From Bryobacterales bacterium (GTDB lineage: Bacteria; Acidobacteriota; Terriglobia; Bryobacterales; UBA6623), in NCBI GenBank assembly GCA_965226435.1, contig CBDDCY010000008.1, positions 415,232 through 479,231 on the forward strand: DNA of 64,000 bases, read 5' to 3'. Made by a program: the position numbers and the translations under genes. Below are positions 56,307 through 64,000 of the stretch, one piece after another (within the stretch, counting starts at the first letter, position 1; every line of letters starts with the position of its first letter). The notes beneath the pieces are model-generated. The model ran no database searches. It worked only from the letters and a program-made list of their open reading frames with translations, and had not been told where the DNA came from.

Positions 56307-59300
56307 TTACTCCTTCGTCACCACCTCGTCGAGGTTTAGGATCGTGCCGGCCACCGTGGTCCACGCCGCCAGCTCGACGGGGTCAAGTGTGGGGTCGTGC
56401 TTCGATTCGCCGACGGCGATGAGTTCGCGGGCGGCTTCCGGGGCCTTGCGATAGTCGGCTTCCTGCTCGCGGGCAATCGAGGCCAGCACCGCCGTTTCGC
56501 CGGGCAGCGGAGCACGTCCCGTCGCCCGCCGAAAAACCCAGGCAATGCGCTGATCCGTAGCGTCACCGGCTTCGAGGATCATCCTCTGCGCCAGGTGCCG
56601 CGAAGCCTCAACATACGTCGGGTCGTTCATCAACACAAGCGCTTGCAGCGGCGTATTCGTCCGTGCCCGGCGGGTGCGGCACTCCTCGCGGTCGGGAGCG
56701 TCGAAGGTCGCCAGCGACGCCGGCGGCACCGTGCGTTTCCAGAACGTATACATGCTGCGGCGGTAGAGATCCTTACCGCTGCCGGGCGTATAGGCCTGGG
56801 CGCTGAAAACGTCGCCGAAGGCCATCTCTTCCCACAGCCCCGGCGGCTGGTAGGGGTAGACGCTCGGTCCGCCGATGTCGGCGTTCAGCAAGCCGCTGAC
56901 GGCGAGCGCGTTGTCGCGAATCCCCTCGGCTGAAAGACGGAAGCGCGGTCCGCGGGCCAGCAGGCGATTGCCGGGGTCTTTTTCGAGATGTTCCGGGGTA
57001 ACCCGCGAGGACTGCCCGTACGCCGCCGACATCACGATCTTCTTGAGCAACGCCTTGACGTCCCAGCCGGATTCGACAAACTCGACGGCCAGCCAATCGA
57101 GCAGCGCGGGGTGGCTGGGGGGCTCCCCTTGCGAGCCGAAATCTTCGGAAGTACGCACCAAGCCGGTGCCGAAAATCATCTGCCAGTAGCGGTTCACCGT
57201 CACCCGCGCGGTGAGAGGGTTGGCGGGATCAACGAGCCAGCGCGCCAATCCCAGCCGGTTCGGCGGCGCGTCGGCGGGCAGCGGGTTTAGCACCGCCGGC
57301 ACGCCCGCGGTCACTTTCGCGGTTTGGTTGCGGTAGTCTCCTCGGCCCAGCACAAAGGTCTCACGCGGCTTCGACATTTCGTTCATCACCATGGCGGTGG
57401 GAATCTCGTTCTTGAGGCGTGTGAGCTGCTTGTCGAGATCGAGCAGATCGGCGTAGAGCCGCTGCTCCTCTTCGTTGGCGATACGGGTGAGAAAGTAATC
57501 CCGCGTTTTTTCTTGTCGCCGGCCGCACTCGGCGAATAGCCGGCGGTTCTTCTTCTTGGCTTTCTCTTCCTCCTCGGAGAGTTCCCGATCCTCCTCGGGA
57601 TTCTTGCCGCGCCAGAAATGCTCGGGGCAACCTTCCAGGGCATTCGCGAGCATTGCCCGAACCGGGTGGTCCCCGGCGAGGTTGGCGGCTTCAGCGGGCG
57701 AGAGCACGCGATCGTAGACCCGCATTTCGTCCAAGCCCCCGTCGAAGGGAGTGCCGACTTCTTTGTCGCCCGCGCCGAGCTGCACGTCATTGTGAATCGG
57801 CCCCGAGAGGCTGTCGCTGATGGTTTCGGTCTCTTCCGGCTCGCCGTCCACGTAAAAACGCAGACCGGCGGCCGAGCCGCTACCGTCGTAAGTCACCGTC
57901 AGCTGATGCCATTTGCCTTGCCGGATGTGGCGGGCTGTGCGCACCTCGATCGCATTTTCGGGCCATTGATGGGATAGGCGCACACGGATTCGCTGACCGC
58001 GCTGGAGCTCATAGGGTTCGCCGATCTTCGTGAATTCATCGACAAAAAGCTCGAAGCCGCGGCGGGTCTCGGTGTTCTCGATTTTGTGGAGCACATGCTG
58101 GCCGCCGAACGAGACGACGCGCACCCACATCGCGAGTGAAAATGGCTTGTCCGCTCGAGGGGCAAAGGCCGTTCCGAACTCGGCGTGAGTTTCCCCGCTG
58201 AAAGCAACGTTGCGGCCGACGCGACCGTATTCGTCGTAAGTCAACTCGCCTCGAACCGTCGCGCCGGTTTCTTGCCCCACCTTTTCCATTAAATCTCCTT
58301 CAAATCCCCACCTCGCGACCAGACCTTTGTCGGGCGGCGTCGGAATCATGGCAAGCGCCGTCTTCTCCCAGCCGGCTTGGCGCGGCTTGATCTTGTCGTC
58401 GGGCAACTTGAGTTCGATCGCGCCGATTCGTTCCTCGAGCTCTTGCTGGCGGCTCTTTTGTTCGTCGGAGGGCAGTTCCAGCACCGGGGGCGGCGTTGCC
58501 GGTTTGGCCGTCGAGGCCCTTCTCTCCAATCGTGTTGAAGAAGGCGAAGAACCGATAGAACTCCTTCTGCTTAAAGGGGTCGTACTTGTGGTCATGGCAA
58601 CGCGAGCATCCCATGGTCGCCGCCATCCAGACCGTCGCGGTGGTTTCGATGCGATCGACGACGTACTCGACCTGATACTCCTCGGGGATGGCGCCGCCCT
58701 CGAAGTTAATCATGTGGTTGCGGTTGAACCCGGTGGCAAGAATTTGCGAGGGTTTCGGATCGGGCAGCAGATCGCCGGCAAGCTGGTCAACCGTGAACTC
58801 ATCGAACGGCATATTGTCGTTGAAGGCGTTAATCACCCAATCGCGCCAGCGCCACATATCGCGGTGACTGTCGATGTGATAGCCGTGCGTGTCGGCGTAG
58901 CGCGCGGCGTCGAGCCAGGGCATGGCCATACGCTCGCCGTAATGCGGCGAGGCCAACAGCGCGTCAACCCGCTTTTCGTAGGCGTTGGGAGAGCGGTCGG
59001 CGACAAAGGCCGCGATTTGCTCGGGAGTCGGTGGAAGGCCCGTCAGGTCGAGCGCCGCGCGCCGCAGCAAAGTTGGCTTGTCCGCCGGCGAGGAGGGCTC
59101 GAGGCCTTCACTCTCCAAGCGGGCGAGAATCAGACGGTCGATCGGGCTTTGGGCCCAAGCCGGGTTGCCGGCCTCGGGGAGATCGGGGCGTTTCGGCGGC
59201 ACATAGGCCCAATGGGTTTGCCAGTCGGCGCCCTGGTCGATCCACGCTCCGATGCGCTCGACCTCTTCGGGCTTCAATTTGCGCTCGGCGGCCGGCGGAG

Positions 59301-59604
59301 GCATGCGGGCCGCTTCCACCTCATGATTGATGCGCTGGAAGAGCCGGCTGGCGGATCGATCCCCAGGGATGATCACGGCGCTTCGGCCTCGCTCGGCGAA
59401 GGCTCCGTTGCGGGTGTCGAGACGAAGATCGGCTTGGCGTTGCGCGTCGTCTGGCCCGTGGCAAGCAAAGCACTTGTCGGAAAGAATCGGACGAACGTCG
59501 CGACTGAAATCAATGCGCGCCGCCGGAGCGCCGAGCACCGGCGCCGGCAGAGACACGGATAAGGCCGCCGCGACCCAAAAAGGTAGGTAGATCGACAGGT
59601 TCAT
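56307..59604 (-). pseudogene. Planctomycete-type cytochrome c/DUF1549/DUF1553 (PSD1) protein with LamG insert, split by one extra base at about 58486-58490
   Basis: CFACHG, CSRCHDHKYDP, RYADTHG, TPLQALVLMNDP; GNAAP continues as VLELPSDEQ in the other frame. Confidence 0.85.
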
Positions 59605-59892
59605 CTTGCGATGCGATCTCATGAACAAGCCCTCCCAACGATCCGAAATCCGTTGACGGCTTTATGGTACCGAACTCGGCTCCAGGCGGCCACGCCGAGC
59701 GGCTCAATTCAGCGATCGCCGATTTCTGTCGAAAAGGTAAGGAAGGGGAGTTGCCGGGAAGGTGCGTGAAGCGCCGTTGGCATCGGTCTGCGTCCGAATG
59801 AGTTACTCCCCGGAAGGTGAAAGCCGGGGCCCGAGGGACCGCGAAGTCTCGTCGGTGAAACAAGTTTGACGAAAGCACTCCCCGCACCAACG

Positions 59893-62342
<2,450 letters not shown>

Positions 62343-62475
62343 TCGCCGCGCGGCTGAACCCTACTCCTGAAAAGCCCGCCCGAAAATTGCGCTAACACCG
62401 CATAACCGAACCGATAAGGAGAGTGACGGAAACCGACAGCGGTCCGCGACCTCGACTTGCCTTCGAACCGGAGCC

Positions 62476-64000
62476 ATGGAACGGAACATCGCTACGCTTC
62501 TCGATCATGCGGTTCAGAGCCGAGACGGCGGACGACAGATCGAGGCCTTGCTGGCGCGAAACCCGGCGGTGTTCAAGAGCGCCGCGGCACGGTATCTTGC
62601 CAACGGTCACGACGACCAGAGCCGGCGGCTGTTGATCTGGGTTCTCCAGCGCGAGGGGCAACTTCTTGATTTACTGCTGAACCCGCGCGTTGCGTCGGTC
62701 GACGAAGCCGTCCCGCTGGCCGCTGTCATCAAGCAAGTCGTCAATCAGGTGGACATCCATCTGGCGAAAGCGTTGCAGGGAGCTTCGGATGAGTCGGCGC
62801 TGCGCATTCTTCGTCTCATGGCGGAGGTTTGCGACAGCAACCGCGTCCTGCCGCAGCTAACTCGAATTCTTCGCGAGCGAGGGCCCGAGCTGCGCTCGAC
62901 GGCGGCATTTATCTTCGCCCGCTACTGCCGCAACACGCTCTTCTTCGAAAACGCTCTCCGGGACCCCGAACCCTCGGTGCGCGCGCAGGCGCTGGAGGGG
63001 TTGATCGCCGCCGATTATGCTCCCGACCCGAGCGTCTTGGAGGCTGCCACCGTCGACAGCAATCCCAACGTGCGGGTCCGCGCGCTGGTGAGCCGCTACC
63101 GGCTGGGCGACGAAGACGGCGCGGTCAACTTCCTGGCCGCCATGTCACGCGACACCGATATCGGCTCTCGCGTGGCTACCGCCTGGGCGCTCGGCGAAGT
63201 GGCCGACCACCGTTCGCCGCGGTTACTCGAGGATTTAGCCAAAGACGAGGAGGAATCCGTCCGCGAGGCCGCCCGGGGAGCGCTCGAAAAACTGGGGGTC
63301 GACTTCGATGCCTCGCCGGCCGGCGATCAGGGCGTATTGAACAGCAACGACGAACTCACGCTGGAAACGATCTTCGCCGCGATCACGACAGGCGGCCGCC
63401 GTCGTATCGGCCTGGCCGTGACCCGCGCCGACGGGTCCGCGATCCCCGACTTGGATGAGCGCGACTTCCACGTTGCCGAAGGCGGGGAGAGCATCGAATC
63501 CCGCCGCGTTGAGCAACCGTCCGTCCGTGACGGACTCTCTTTGGCCTATGTGCTCGACTGTAGCAGCAGCATGTCGATCAGCAATACGCGGGAAGTCAGC
63601 ACCGCCCTGATGCAAAGCGTGGAAGAGAAATTCCCCGCCGACCGTCTGGCGTTCTTCAAGTATGGCTTCGACATCGAGGCGACGGGAGAATTCAGCGACA
63701 GTCCGAAACGTCTGGCCGCCTTGCTTCGGCGGCCCTATAGCGGTGCGACGAATGCCTCCCGCCTGCACGACGCTCTCGCGGAAGCGTTGCAAGCCGTCAC
63801 CGCCGAACCGGGTTGTCGCGGCATCGTCGTGATCTCCGACGGCGTCGATCAGGGCAGCGACCACACCTTTCCCGCGATCGTGAAAAAACTGCTGGCGGGC
63901 GGCGTGCCGCTCTATGTGATCGGTTACGGTTGCGGCGAAGACAGCCGTGAACTCGAAAGCTTGGCACGACAGTCAGGCGGCATCTATTACGCCGCCGACG
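62476..64000 (+). CDS. HEAT-repeat plus C-terminal VWA-domain protein (runs off window end; not in ORF track)
   Basis: Manual translation is open from ATG 62476 to the end: DPEPSVRAQAL, NPNVRVRAL, AWALGEV, EESVREAARGAL; MIDAS VLDCSSS, HDAL, VISDG. Confidence 0.85.
   Translation, partial: MERNIATLLDHAVQSRDGGRQIEALLARNPAVFKSAAARYLANGHDDQSRRLLIWVLQREGQLLDLLLNPRVASVDEAVPLAAVIKQVVNQVDIHLAKALQGASDESALRILRLMAEVCDSNRVLPQLTRILRERGPELRSTAAFIFARYCRNTLFFENALRDPEPSVRAQALEGLIAADYAPDPSVLEAATVDSNPNVRVRALVSRYRLGDEDGAVNFLAAMSRDTDIGSRVATAWALGEVADHRSPRLLEDLAKDEEESVREAARGALEKLGVDFDASPAGDQGVLNSNDELTLETIFAAITTGGRRRIGLAVTRADGSAIPDLDERDFHVAEGGESIESRRVEQPSVRDGLSLAYVLDCSSSMSISNTREVSTALMQSVEEKFPADRLAFFKYGFDIEATGEFSDSPKRLAALLRRPYSGATNASRLHDALAEALQAVTAEPGCRGIVVISDGVDQGSDHTFPAIVKKLLAGGVPLYVIGYGCGEDSRELESLARQSGGIYYAAD

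Noticed and set aside
62423-62635. GTG ORF with a strong AAGGAG RBS as the start of the HEAT-VWA gene
   Set aside because: It is in a different frame and ends after 70 aa; ATG 62476 has its own GGAG and gives a continuous frame. A frameshift cannot be fully excluded.

Overview
High-GC, mostly chromosomal core region. It probably comes from an Acidobacteriota (Bryobacterales-like) genome; this is inferred from gene content and order and a GAAC-N7-GAAC LexA-type box, not from a marker gene. Housekeeping genes include fabZ-lpxA-lpxI-Gfo/Idh/MocA-tonB, galM, anmK, a type-2-like ileS, murQ-murA, a DegP-like protease, pyrR-pyrB-pyrC and gltB-gltD. Accessory modules are a compact bacterial-microcompartment operon (class II aldolase with encapsulation-peptide-like tail, 1 BMC-H, 3 BMC-P, CoA-acylating MMSDH-type aldehyde dehydrogenase), a HipA-like kinase/DUF3037 pair, a barrel-only Omp85 gene followed by a signal-peptide-bearing atypical kinase, a PIN-type toxin-antitoxin pair, a merR-merTP operon without merA, a GH95 fucosidase, a PSCyt/PSD1 protein, a hybrid histidine kinase and a HEAT+VWA protein. 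Non-coding highlights are a remodelled tRNA-fMet-like structured RNA (about 9806-9931, minus strand), several REP-like repeat families, a C12 tract next to a TATAAT box, and candidate LexA, MerR and TA operators. Three genes are split by single-base indels in homopolymer runs, which may be assembly errors. No CRISPR array, rRNA, intact canonical tRNA, transposase or intact integrase was seen.
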